A stretch of DNA of 62,673 bases, the filler included, from Choristocarpus tenellus KU-1152 (taxonomy: Eukaryota > Protista > Phaeophyceae): the NCBI GenBank assembly GCA_964200185.2. It is 12 parts of 12 records of this genome, joined end to end, with 100 filler letters (N's around TTAATTAATTAA, not from the genome) between each part and the next. Parts side by side here need not be neighbours in the genome. Positions count along the whole stretch, not along the records: positions 1 to 5,343 come from CAXNAD020011084.1; positions 5,444 to 8,339 come from CAXNAD020023831.1; positions 8,440 to 11,236 come from CAXNAD020024672.1; positions 11,337 to 16,220 come from CAXNAD020012672.1; 8 more parts are not named here. One strand, written 5' to 3'. Made by a program: the position numbers and the translations under genes. Shown one piece after another: positions 1-12,174 of the stretch. The notes under the pieces are model-generated. The model was not told the origin of the DNA, searched no databases, and was given only the letters and a program-made list of their open reading frames with translations. How positions within the stretch are numbered: the first letter of the stretch is position 1; each line of letters begins with the position of its first letter.

Positions 1-329
1 TAACTGTGGAACGCACTTGATGCAAGTTCCGAAGTTACTTGGATGACGTGTGCTATGATGTTCCTGTGTGTGATGTGGATCAACTGAATATCAACTGATG
101 CTATACTTCTATCTACTGTCATCGATGCGATGATGAGTTGGAATGCGCAATAAATAAATGAACACTAACAACCAGTGCAGTGCACCAATCAACAGTCAGT
201 AGAAGCTGGTAGTATGTGTATCATATCAACAAGAAACAAATGAGTAGCCTATGTTTTAACAATAAACAGTCCACCTTGTAAAAGACATTGACCGTATCGG
301 ACAACTTGGGCTCGGAACCTCCTATCTCC

Positions 330-1400
330 ACCTTCAATAACTCTAGCATATTGTAATAAAACTGAATCTTGAAAAAAAAAAGTGCTTCACGAAAGTGCTA
401 TCTACCTTGTTCGCGCCTTGGAGACAAGTGAAAGCAATGAACAAAGGTACTAGAGCGCAGTACTTGAGGAAGCCCTTCTCTAAGATGGAGTTGGTAATAG
501 TCTTCCCACTTTTCTCGTTGATTGGTTCGGAAACTTTGCAAAGGGTGATGCTCAACCTCTTCATGACGAAGTTGTCAAGGAAGGCTGAATGGTGTGTTAT
601 CTAGACTAATATAATCCCCAGTACCCTCTTCTTCTTTTGTGCCTTTTGTCGGTTTGACCAATGTCCTCTCCAGCATCGTCAACATAGATATCTCTCTCAG
701 CTGATGGTCCGACCACCTCCCCAGCGTAGTGGTCACAGGCCTCATTCTCAGGAAACTAGCTTCCGCCAAAGTCGTTACTTTCTGCAGTATCTTGTCTTCC
801 TGGATGAGTCATCAGTGCAATCACATGGCAGATACAATCAGTAGCATCAGAGTAATGAAGACCATTTCGAGCAACAGACACAAACTATTAAATCAACTTG
901 TGATGTGGGATAGAATTCGTGGTGACTACTACAAGCTGTGAGCAAGGTGGGACACTAGGTGAAGAAATTGCATTTCACCGTTGGAACAACAGAGGAACAG
1001 TAGAGTGTATATTGTGTCCTACTGGGCCTTAGACACATTTGGGAAGGCTAGACCAACTACATTCCACGGCTACCTTTCGCTTCCTCGCCGTTTATGTGGT
1101 GAATGATGGATGTGAAGATATTAAATACTGTTATGAGGAAGGTGGGTCGGACTGCAAAGATGTAAATATCATGATTCGTGATGGAAGAGGTGTTGAACAA
1201 GTGTCCACTTTCCTAATTGCCAATACCATCCTCACGTGCAACTGCAATAACTTCTCAAAATGTGTGTTCCACCTTGCCCACGGATGTCAAGGAGAAACAC
1301 TTCATCACTTCAGAAGTGTGACAACCGATGTATCTAAATGCCAGTTTCATAAACACCGATATGAGATCGAAATCGTGGATAATATATGTTGTGCTTCTTG
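330..1400 (-). pseudogene. Degenerate hAT-like transposase relic
   Basis: Broken minus-strand frames give DCICHVIAL (hAT CxxH motif) followed by VTTTLGRWS...MLTMLERTL (resembles TRWxS..ML.R). Many stops; boundaries approximate. Confidence 0.35.
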
Positions 1401-1452
1401 ATTATTTAATTATTATTTAGTCACGACTAGATCATTCATTACCCACATCTCA

Positions 1453-1708
1453 GACCCAAACCATTTAAGAGGTTAGTAGTTTTCCCCTGTTTGTCCATTC
1501 GGGACTTGGCTTCCACCTTTTTTTTTATGCCCTTTTTCGGTTTTCTGTGTGAACACAGTTACCTATAATGTACACAACTTCGAAAGGGGTTAGCGGAACA
1601 AGGATATTGACACTCCCTAACAAACACGATACCCCAAATTACATCAAAATCTCAATATTAGATTTTGGACAAAAGGACACGGTCCTACCCTCTTAAATAC
1701 TTTGACTG
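1453..1708 (+). mobile_element. MITE, family B variant (B')
   Basis: Ends GACCCAAACCATTTAAGAGG ... CCCTCTTAAATACTTTGACTG; interior homologous to 8583-8840 (GGAACAAGGATATTG..CTAACAAACACGATA). No clean TSD. Confidence 0.8.
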
Positions 1709-4700
1709 ACATTCCCTTTTATACCTCAGTCAAATCGCCAAGTTAGTAATCAAAGTGAAGATCTAGAATATTCAATCCTATTTTCATTATGGCACCATGT
1801 ACAAACCTTCATCATCAGCCTTCAGGCCTGTGGATCGGAGCTGCATATTCCCATCAAGGTAAGCTGCTGGGAGTGTTGCAAAAGAAGAGCAGGCAACAAG
1901 TTTTTATTCATATATACAGGGAGCTACCGTCCCCACATCACAAAAGGAAGAGCTGGCCAATTCCAAGGACGTGCTTACAGCAGGGGGATGCATCCAGAGG
2001 TTGGAGGGAGGGATTACAATGTCCAGGGCCTTTCAGTTCGTAGAGGGAGGCAACAGTGGGGTGGAGATGTACTTCAAGCCCAGAACGAGCTCTGAACAGT
2101 GAACAGGTCTCACCAACAACATATTACTTGAAAGATCTGCATACAATATCCTCCCACGTACATCAAGAGTGGGAAACTGCCCACCATAAGTCCTCAAAAC
2201 ATGTGCTGGACTCCACCATCAACATGATCCTGAACAGGCATACATTATTGTATACTATGAATTAGTTCGACTGATACTCTTTTAAACCCATACCTAACAC
2301 CCTCAGAACAGGCACACTCGCTCAGAGGCAGAAAGGCGTGAGGTCATCTGCATGGTTATGACGGATCAAGTCCTTAGAATACAGCACTGAGGTGCAATCG
2401 AGTTCAACCCCGATACCACCTATAGAGGGGAAATATTGCATCTACAAAATACGACTATGAAGGAATGTGTAGCTTGGGAGCAGAGGGGAATTACATTCAC
2501 AACGTGTACAAGGATAACAACAGCAATCGCAACGGTGATGATAGTACTGGTGGGGACAGTGGGGAAGAGCACAGGTCCTGGGGGAGAGGAGGAGACACAT
2601 GGTCATGAGAGACAGATAAATAGACAGAAATGGCCGCTAAGCGCCAGAGTAGCATGAAGGTGTTCGTCCTTGGAGGTAATTGTCACTTATGACTGATAGC
2701 ATCATTAACGTGGTACCACTACCGGCCATTTATGCCACGCACAAGGACAGTAGTTAGAGATGGCTTGGCTAAGCCCCAACGACCAGAAGATGAGCTCCAA
2801 ACCCATGCAGTACATATTCGAGCAGTATGCCGATGGAGCCTTCACTCCAGAGTATGCGGTACTCACACCCCAGCAGATGGCAGAGAAGGAAAGGAGAGAA
2901 ACTCCAAGACGAGTCGAAAAAGAAGGCATCCAAAGAACAACGAGGGATCAACTTTGGAACAAGCTGGGAATGGAGTGAAGGAGTAGTTACAACTTGAGAC
3001 TAACTCCGCAAAAGGCTTACTCCACCAGATACTTTATAAGAGTCCTGAACAAGACACGGGAAGTCAGGGAGAGGGAGTATGCTCTTCAACCTCAAGTAGA
3101 CTCTGCTGTACCTAGTACTACTTGAGCCGTAACAACTTCCTACTACTACTACCACTGGTATGACTAAGACTGCAATTTGTGCGAAAATATATAGTGCATA
3201 AGATTGTTGTAGTGGCATCCTGCCACGTCTTTATGAATTTCTCACGCTTTTCTCATGTTATATTTTACGCGCCTGTGTTTTGTTTGTTGCGAACACCTTC
3301 CCACCATGTTTTCCTCCTCCTGTGCTCATTGGTGCACGGGTTAGGTTCACTCGAGTCACTGCTACCATCGTTTGTATTTCCGCTGTGTAATAATATTTCT
3401 TGTTTTATTGTAGTCTTCCATTATTATTACTATTGTTGCTATTTTCTACTTCCTTGGACAAGTCGAACTTTGAAGCACCATCGCTGCTTTCGAACTTGTT
3501 CAAGAGGGCACCGCAGTCAGACATTGCAGTAGAGACAACAAATTGATGGTGATGTTTGTATGCTGTTGTTGCTGTCATTGTCAACCTATGGTATTCATAG
3601 TCCATTCATTGTTGAGAGATCAGGGTAACCCCCCCACAACAAAAAACACTGTTACGCCTCCCTCCCCTCCCTCACTTTTGTTATAATCGGTGCTGTTATT
3701 ATTACTATTAGTGGTTCTGTGTTCGAAACTTTCTTTTCCTTCCTGTGAGTAGGCTCAGATTACTGTTGCAGCTGCGAACATGCATTTGGGATTCTGATAG
3801 CATTCGGGCATAGTAGGCTGATTTAGGTGAGGGATTGTTTCGTATTGTTATTTGTTGTTCTCGTTGTTACTGCATGGTGGATACCTGTTATTGTTGTCAT
3901 CATGATGTATCGAAGCAGGCAACTCCAATTGGATTGACATTGTGCATCCCTTTCACATTACCGCCAGTCCATACTGCTATTGCTGCTACTAATGTCAGTA
4001 CTAGTTCTACGTGACTCGGTCACTCGTTTTTTTTTTTCTTGCTTTTTGTATCGTTTCCCACAAGAAAAGCAGCAACAGCATTACTACTCTACTACTACTG
4101 TTATTAATGTTGTTTTTTGGGAGTTCTGAATATACTTCTCTCGTCATCATCAGTCCCTTGTTATTAAGAACGTTACCATTACCACTAATAGTACTACATA
4201 CGAGTGAAATATAAGATATTCGACTATGAAAAATTACGGGTACTGATGTTGACGACCCTAACAGCAACACTAGAAGAATGGGTGGAGGAGAAAAAGAGGA
4301 ACTGGAGGCAATAATCCTTATGTGAGTGCAGCTGTCATTCTATGTCATAGCGGTAGGAATTGTACTAATTATTACTGGTAGCAAGGGTAGTAGTAAAAGT
4401 AGTGGTACACAAAACAACCCCCAGGCGCATCACCATCGTCACGGAGAAGGGTAGGTAATCAGTACATGCCTTGAAATGTTAACAAAGGGCGCACACCTAC
4501 ACCACCAAAAATCAGTCTTGGAATGCCACTCTTCTTTCACGAAGATAATTTTGGCGTGAACCATGCATGTATCATCTCTTTTGGTTTGTTGCCCCTACTA
4601 TACTCCATCCCTCAACTGCGATCTCATTCTCCTCAAGGCCATCTTGCGGGCACATCCACCAGTTCTTCTCCTGTCCATGTTGCTTCCATATTCCAGCTCC

Positions 4701-5197
4701 AAGTTCCCCAGACATCAACGCTTTTGGAAGTGTCTATGGCTGAGGTATATGAGGGTGTGGTTAAAGTTCTGTTTGGGTGTATGTGGTTAAGGGATTCCTT
4801 CATCCGACCTATCGATGTATGGGAAACGTTGATGGTTGGACCTGCGGGATCTAAGGGGTCGAGGTGGGAGCATGAAAGATATCTGTGGCTCAGAATAACA
4901 TGCGGTAAATTTGCTCTTTCTTTCCCGGGTGTCCTCTGCGACGACAAGCTAAATCATTGTAGCTTCCTTGGTGGGTAGATCTCCTTCAAACAGGTTATGA
5001 CGTGGCTACCCATCCTCAAAGCCTCTTCTGACGGAAACCTTGACGCGAACAAAACACGATGGGTTTTGATGACCCTCGAGTCAACAGTCGACCAAGTACA
5101 TCCTAAGCGGCTACCCCACCTTAGGACAGTGTCTGAAAGCGTGTCCTCAGAGGATCTAAGCATTCCATATGATCATGGAAATCTATGTCCTATCCAT

Positions 5198-5343
5198 GAC
5201 CCAAAGTATCTGGGGGGGGGTCTACACCAGGGTGTCCATATGGGCCCTGACCAGGAAAAGTGCATGTACATTATCCATCCGACGTATGCAACCAAATCAC
5301 CCAAAAATCGCGACATGAAAAAAATGGCCCCAAATAGATAGCC
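5198..5343 (+). mobile_element. MITE family A, truncated by contig end
   Basis: GACCCAAAGTATCTG(n)TCTACACCAGGGTGTCCAT...; matches the near-complete copy at 39713-39901. Confidence 0.85.
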
Positions 5344-5443
5344 NNNNNNNNNNNNNNNNNNNNNNNNNNNNNNNNNNNNNNNNNNNNTTAATTAATTAAN
5401 NNNNNNNNNNNNNNNNNNNNNNNNNNNNNNNNNNNNNNNNNNN
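5344..5443. other. Artificial contig linker (N44-TTAATTAATTAA-N44); first of 11
   Basis: Identical 100-nt spacer with stops in all six frames also at 8340-8439, 11237-11336, 16221-16320, 20917-21016, 26728-26827, 39613-39712, 43462-43561, 48869-48968, 55582-55681 and 59118-59217. Confidence 0.98.
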
Positions 5444-5989
5444 GTATGAAGTGGATCATAAAGGGGTGTTCTTGGATGATAGTGGAGTGGGAACTGCTGG
5501 GGGGTTGAAGGGAGGGGGGGGGTGACTGGAAATCAGGGGCGAAGGGGTCGCACTGGTTGGTCATCAGAGGGAATACATGGGGAAGGGAGGGAATGGCAAA
5601 CAAGGAATAAGTTAAAAATAATAATAATCCAGAATTCGTAAGCAAAGCAAAATATCGTTCGAAAGTCAACAACTTCGGTTTGCACATAGATATATTCAAA
5701 ATATGTTTTCATTTCGGAAATGGTTGAGGAACCATCCCCTGAATACAAACGTTTTTTTTCGGAAATAGCAGATTTATTAGGAAAAACAGCAAAACCGCAA
5801 AAAATGGCTGGAAATGATGGTTAATCGCCCATAACGTCTTAACAAGACTTCCGATGAAGACACGGTTAGTTCCGTTGGACTCCTTGGCATTTTTTGCGTT
5901 AAATTAATTGTCACTCTCATGTTCTCCCTCAATCCACCAAGTTCTGGCCGAGTTGTACGCATCTCTGTCAATGGGGATCAAGTGATCCA

Positions 5990-7110
5990 GAACGCCCTCA
6001 GAGAATGCAAGGCGCTAAAGTAGCATTAATGATTACTCCACCGTCAATGAGTTAACATCAAACAACACATAGGTCGGAGTCAATTTGTACACGTCAACAG
6101 AATTTCAATGGACGTCCTTCCGGACACCTTCACAAACGATTCTTGGTGACATCATAGAAAAATACCCCATCTGAAGGGAAGCAACTGACAGGGCAGCCTT
6201 CGAGCACGATCCTTTCCACAGTCGAACCATATAATAGCTCTGATGGTGAGGCTACTTTAGTTCAAAACAATGTGCCGCGTGTCTTGCACACTGTTGTACA
6301 CGACATGGTGGATGAATTTGCCACTTCGAAGAAAAAATATAACACCTGTTGTAAAACAACTACAAGGTACAGAGCAGAGTATATCAATAAAAATTGTAAA
6401 TCAAAATTGACTCGCTCTTGATCGCTCGCTTCTCGAGACACAAGAGCACTTCTTAGCATTTACCTTGGCACTGGCAACACCCACTGCATGTTGCAGGAAT
6501 GCACAGCCACTCTGTAAATCGTGTTGCATAGGTATGTATGTAGTGGCACTCCTTGGTGGAACATGACTGTGGACTAGCAGCCATGGACAAATCAGTATGC
6601 AGCGATGCATTTGGAGCCGTTCTTTCTCCCCCTCATACTCACTCTTTACAAGTCCAGTCGAGAGACTCTTGTGGGGTGTCTTCTCTTGATGGGACACATC
6701 ACCATCCAGCACCACAACGATACGACTTCAAAGTAAACATATGTTTAGGTCAGGACAGTGTGGGAGGCTTGGACATCGTTCTCATGTTGCCATGGAGAAA
6801 TTCGAGTGCAATTCAGGCGGTATGGGAAAACATCACTTGGAAGGGCAACCATAAAATTCACTGTCATACGCCTGGTTAGAAAGGGCTGAATATTCACGAC
6901 TCTTGGTCCTGATTAGAAGATGCATTATTGGTAACAAACTGAACAACATAAAGAATGAGAAGAGAATAGAACAGTGCGGTAAAAATCCTCATGAAGACAA
7001 TAAAATGGGCTAACATATCCCAATTGCTACAATGGGCAGTTATGTAGGCATGCCCTAACCCTTCAATCGGTTCATTCATCCACCATGTTTACACGTAGCT
7101 GCAACAAAGA
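5990..7110 (-). pseudogene. Degenerate hAT-like transposase relic (DUF659-type)
   Basis: VVQFVTNNASSN resembles the hAT VVQ(V/I)xTDNAxN motif; surrounding frames are broken; boundaries approximate. Confidence 0.3.
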
Positions 7111-7553
7111 GCATGGAACCCTTCCATAATAATATTATCACACATATGCCTACTGAGATTTGTCTAGGGTAGGGTGTCAATGACAAGAGATAGCACACAT
7201 GACCCCTCCTTCAATGGCTGGATCCCCCAAATCACAGCGCCAAGGAGACCCCAAGACATTGATTTCCACACGCTCTACCACAGCAGACAAGAAAGGTTGC
7301 ACCCCACCCACAAGTCCTAGGCCTTGTGTCACAGTATACTAGATGTTTCTAGACCTCTTGCTGCTCCAGGTAGATACATAGGAACCATTGGTTAGGGTAC
7401 TTGGTTGCTTCAGCTCAGTTATTTCATCATCAGTTTTCCAAACTTCCAATAATAAGAAGAGGTTGGGAACCATTTCAAAGAAGCACCAGAGGTCCTATTA
7501 GCAAGGGCACACACCAGCCCCGCTTGACAAACTTCATGTCCAGATAGAGTGCA

Positions 7554-7600
<47 letters not shown>

Positions 7601-7669
7601 CCACAAGTAGGAAAAAACAAAAAAGAGCACTGGGCTTGACTTTCTACACCGGTTGATTGAGTAGGAATG

Positions 7670-8290
7670 CTCTGAGCTGGAGTATCCTAGAGGCGGGTGC
7701 CATTATGGATGGTCGGTCTCTGTCATTGTTTCCTTACTTGAATCTTCAAGTCCCTAAATCATACAGTCTCATGACAAAACACCCAAGGGGTCTCCTCTTC
7801 AACGTTCACGGACACCTGATCAGGGATAACTAAATTTGGCCCACGAAATGGGATGCCAGGAACCACATCGACAAGTCCCTCAACAACAAAATCGGCAAAA
7901 TCCACCCCCTTCAAGAACATGCTGGTCCTTGACAGATGGTATGCACAAGCAGCAGCATACACCGTCAGCAACACATGCATACATAAATATTTTTTTCGTA
8001 CACCAAAAACAAAAAAAATAATCTCAAAAAACAAACCACGCACTTCACCCCTCACTACAGAGGAGCTGCAGCAGGTACTTAGAATCCTTTCACAGCATTT
8101 CCACATCTCTTGTTTGTGTCCTCCCACTCTTCAGTCAACTGCTTCACAGAGTAACGCTTCCCTTGGTACGCTGAATCTGCCCCCTTGCGCCTCTCCACAT
8201 ACTCCTCCAGAGACTTGCTACGATAGTGTCGGATCTGCATGAAACTTGGACTCACCCACTGGTTCGGACACTGGAGATTCCTATCATGGT
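7670..8290 (+). pseudogene. Degenerate PIF/Harbinger-like (DDE_Tnp_4) transposase relic
   Basis: GAIMDG...GLLFNVHGHLIRDN*IWPTKWDARN...SLNNKI, then AFPHL and LHETWTHPLV. These parallel the DG / PGSxHD / FPRL / LHN motif order, with stops. Confidence 0.35.
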
Positions 8291-8317
8291 AAATGACATG
8301 GGAGGACAGGGTTGTTA

Positions 8318-8339
8318 GACTCAAAGTATCTGGGGGGGG
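8318..8339 (+). mobile_element. MITE family A terminus at contig end
   Basis: GACTCAAAGTATCTGGGGGGGG running into the linker. Confidence 0.75.
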
Positions 8340-8439
8340 NNNNNNNNNNNNNNNNNNNNNNNNNNNNNNNNNNNNNNNNNNNNTTAATTAATTAANNNNN
8401 NNNNNNNNNNNNNNNNNNNNNNNNNNNNNNNNNNNNNNN

Positions 8440-8575
8440 CGATCCCAAAAGGAACCTGTCCCTAACATTTGCGTTTATGCAGAAAACCGAAAAAGGGGAT
8501 AAAAAACCCGTGGGAAGTCAAGCCCCGAACGGACAAATAGGGCAAAACTCCCTACCCTGTTAAATGCTTTGGGTC
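8440..8575 (-). mobile_element. MITE B' partial
   Basis: Reverse complement of the left part of 1453-1708; ends ...AAATGCTTTGGGTC. Confidence 0.75.
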
Positions 8576-8582
8576 TTGACTT

Positions 8583-8840
8583 CGGTGAAAATATCTTAGA
8601 GGGTACAAGTTTTGCCCTGTTTGTCCGTTTGGGGCTTGGCTTCCCACGGGTCTTTTATGACATTTTCCTACTCCGAAACGTTTCGGAGTAGGTAAAATAT
8701 ATGCGTTATGAAAAGGTATATCCGGAACAAGGATATTGGCACGTCCTAACAAAAACGATAGCCAAAATTGCATCAAAATCGCAACATTGGATTTTGGAAC
8801 CCAAATGGACACGACTCTACCCTATAAGGTACTTTGACTC
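8583..8840 (+). mobile_element. MITE family B, complete, 4-bp TSD ACTT
   Basis: ACTT|CGGTGAAAATATCTTAGAGGGTA ... TACCCTATAAGGTACTTTGACTC|ACTT; internal 26-bp palindrome at 8667-8692. Confidence 0.92.
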
Positions 8841-9130
8841 ACTTGCTATCTACAGCGAAACCAATAATCTTTTCAAGTCCCTGTTGAGCTGAGAAATAAT
8901 TTGACTTGTAAGGCACTCAGACCAGTTTGTTTATTTTTTTATTGGTACAGTGGTTGGGCATTAACTGTTCTCCTTCACAAATAACCGTTATGAGGAGATA
9001 AACAAACCCTCAGCTTCCTGCTGCCCTTTTGCTATACTTTCCCCTAAGTTTGAGCAATCATATAAGAAGTGAGGTACTCAAGAAGCTTCATATCATAGAC
9101 AAGAAAATCCCCCACTGCCCAGCATTCAAA

Positions 9131-10667
9131 TCACGTTATCCACTGTGTCTTCTTAGGCTGAGCAGACAAAGGACGTGCCATCAGCAAACCCTTGCCCTTT
9201 CCCCATGCCCTGCTGCTCCCAACCGCGTTTCCTCCACCACATCCCTCAATTCCACTACCACTGTTACCAGCTTCTCCCCCTCCTCCTCGCCTCTTCGTGG
9301 ATGGCTGCATGCCGTTGTTAACACATTCAACCGAACTAGTACCAGCTCCTCCTCCTGCCCCTGCCCACACTACACTCGTGTCGGGTTTCATAGGGGTACA
9401 AGAATAAGCCCTGGCGGGCATGCCCTTGGGGGATTGAGTCGCAGAGATTCTCAGGCCATTAACCTCATCCTTGGTGCTGTGTACATTGAAAACAGGAGAC
9501 TTCGATTGGTGCTGAACATCCAAGGAAGATGGCGGTGACTTAGAGTAGGTGGTTCGACCCAGGGTGTCTTGTTGTTGTTGCATGTCCCTGCAGAGTAGAG
9601 ATCCAGAGCAAAACGAGAGGTACATAGTTTTTGGTCGATTTTCATTGTAAAACAATTTTGCATTTTTTTGCAGTTCACTCCTATTTCTATGGATGAAATG
9701 CTAGGTTGACTTGAGAGGGTTGATTTCTCCGTTGTTTGAAGCTTTTCGACATGATTCGGAAAGTATCCTATACACACTTGAAAAAAAAAACAAACGAATT
9801 TTGCACAAATTTTCTGGCATCCTTAAGATGCAACTCTGCATAGCTCTCGTTTACTTTGACCTAGAGCAACAGGCAAAGAAATACGGTGACGGGAAAGTAC
9901 GCATGCGGGTCTAGAGTGGGAGATGTGCATGTACACAAGAAATGTTTTTGGGCAGTAGACCAAAGCACAATGACCGGTGTCGAAAGAGGCCTGTGTCCCT
10001 TTGACAAATGCCATTGTATTAACAACGTTTATGTCTGTGCAAGAAGTTTGTCAAGGAGTGAAACCACTCTTTTGACTGTTGCACCTACTTCCAAAAAGGT
10101 ATTGTTTTTGGATAGATTTTAGGGCTAGCATGAACTAATCGAACCTATGACGATTTTTTTCATGGTACGAGTATATAACACTGTTACTTCTGCCTCAAGG
10201 AACCCCTCCCTCTTAATTTTGCTATGATAGATACTGGTTCAAGGAAATAGTGTACTGCAGAGCGCAAGTAACCATCTTTTTACCATGAGGGTGGTTGCCA
10301 TCCTTAATATTGTGGGTGATGTCCAAATCAGTCTGATCTGACTGAGGGCCTACACACACCCTGCTCTTTGCCGTGAAACCCAAATAAGTTTGTGGCCAAC
10401 AGATTAGCAAAAGAATACAGGTGATGAGCTCTCAAGGCCACTGCACTGGTGAGCTTATGGTAAATTATGCAGTTGGATCACCATTCACAAACGATAGTTT
10501 GCTTCAGGATTTCCACATACATGGATATATACACAGATCTTGTACCTGCGGTGCTGGAGAACAGCAGCCATAACAGGCAGGGGTATAGAATTCGATGGTG
10601 CAGCAAGTGCTCGGGCTGTTCTAGGAGCTGCCACACCAGTGCCCAATCCTCGCCAGAGGAACTCTCC
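9131..10667 (-). CDS. Unknown protein, last two exons (low-complexity Gly/Ser-rich C-terminus)
   Basis: Exon 10667-10546 (CAG|GEFLWRGLG...LQHR, ends phase 2 at AG|GT) joins in frame to exon 9587-9131 (CAG|G-DMQQQQ...QWIT*). Confidence 0.6.
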
Positions 10668-11336
10668 CTGAGAGGAGCAAGTGCTTAAGTTATTCTCCTG
10701 TGACCATTTGGGGAAATATGAGCAACAGGTGTATGCAGAAAGGCTGTGGTACAGTCAACCAGTGCTAACTACGTTCACTTATTTGTAAGGGTTTCAGAGG
10801 GGATAGCCATCTTTGCTTTTTGGAGGAGTGCCTCATGCTTGGGGGCAAGGGAGTTGGGCTGCTGGGTACAAGCTATCTGTTGCAGCGACGAGGCTCTTTG
10901 ATTGAAATGACAAGGAGTGACAAGTAGCGTAAAAAATCTTAGTCGGAGCTCTCTCTAACACCAGTTCCATTGATAAAAGGGCTCAAAAATGGCACTTCAG
11001 AGTATCTTATCTCTGTACCTTGCCAATGCTATCATCATTTATTCTATCACCACCACAATAAAGCATCATTACATCAGAAGTCACTTGCAAACAAGCACCC
11101 ATATCATGCCATCCAGAAACACTAAGAAATGGGCACAGCAATGTATACATTGCAGAAAATCATACATATATACTCCATAGCGTGTATCACCTTATATCGA
11201 CAGTCAATATTGTGTTTATCCTAGTCCTAACTCAACNNNNNNNNNNNNNNNNNNNNNNNNNNNNNNNNNNNNNNNNNNNNTTAATTAATTAANNNNNNNN
11301 NNNNNNNNNNNNNNNNNNNNNNNNNNNNNNNNNNNN

Positions 11337-11554
11337 CAGCAATTGCTATGATTTTTGAGCAATTCATCTGGACCGAACCGGACGCTCCCTCTCACACACC
11401 ACCACCCCCCCCCAGATACTTTGGGCCATTTCCTGTTTTCATTGTGAAACGTCCACAACTGAAGACAGCAATTGCTATGATTTTTGAGCAATTCATCTGG
11501 ACCGAACCGGACGCTCCCTCTCACACACCACCACCCCCCAAGATACTTTGACCC
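11337..11554 (+). mobile_element. Two head-to-tail right ends of MITE A' (about 130-bp period)
   Basis: CAGCAATTGCTATG...CCCCAGATACTTTGGGCC (ends 11427) repeats, ending AGATACTTTGACCC at 11554; related to 52425-52602 and 55511-55581. Confidence 0.8.
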
Positions 11555-12174
11555 AGCTACCGTCCTTGTATGATGTATTTTGGGCTAAAATGCTTTTAGG
11601 ATCTACGCTTGGTGATTGAGTGGGTGTAGACTATGGTTTTATGGCTCAGGGAAATTGTTGTTGGGTTGAAAGCTTGGAGTCTGGGTGGTTGCCGCCGCTT
11701 GGTTTGGGTGTGGAAGAGAGGTCAACTGTTGTGGAAATCTCGGCTTGTGCTGAAGATGGTGGTGTGGGGTACGAGATGCTTGTGCGTCAACGTATTTGTG
11801 GTAATGTTTCTGCCAATTGCTCTATGGTCCGATCAGCGCAAAGAGGGGAGGAAAAAGGATTGGGGCATGGCAGTAAAAGTATTAGAGGATGGTGGCAGAA
11901 CGCTCTAATGGAGACGAAATTTAGGTTGCCACCGGGCCAATAAAAACATGTGTATGAGGATACATAAACACAAACTCTTCGGGAAGATAATAAATTCAAT
12001 ACACCAAATGCATTAGTCCGTTGATTTAGAGAACGTCCGACCTCTCCATCATAACATGTCTGTCGAGGCATGTGTCGGACTGGTGAAGTAGAGGATGACT
12101 CACGAACAGAAATTGGCCTATGTTGCTCCTCAAAGCCGTGTCTGTCGTCAGTATGGTGGCAGTGTAGGACTTGT

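Noticed and set aside
1789-5160. Several 70-150 aa ORFs on contig 1
   Set aside because: No recognisable motif or phase-consistent exon chain; probably decayed mobile DNA or low-complexity sequence.
9029-9538. 169-aa plus-strand ORF
   Set aside because: Antisense shadow of the minus-strand terminal exon, which has the splice support.
11337-11554. A' termini as the end of the Sola2 transposase element
   Set aside because: Their orientation places the element body to the left, away from the transposase.
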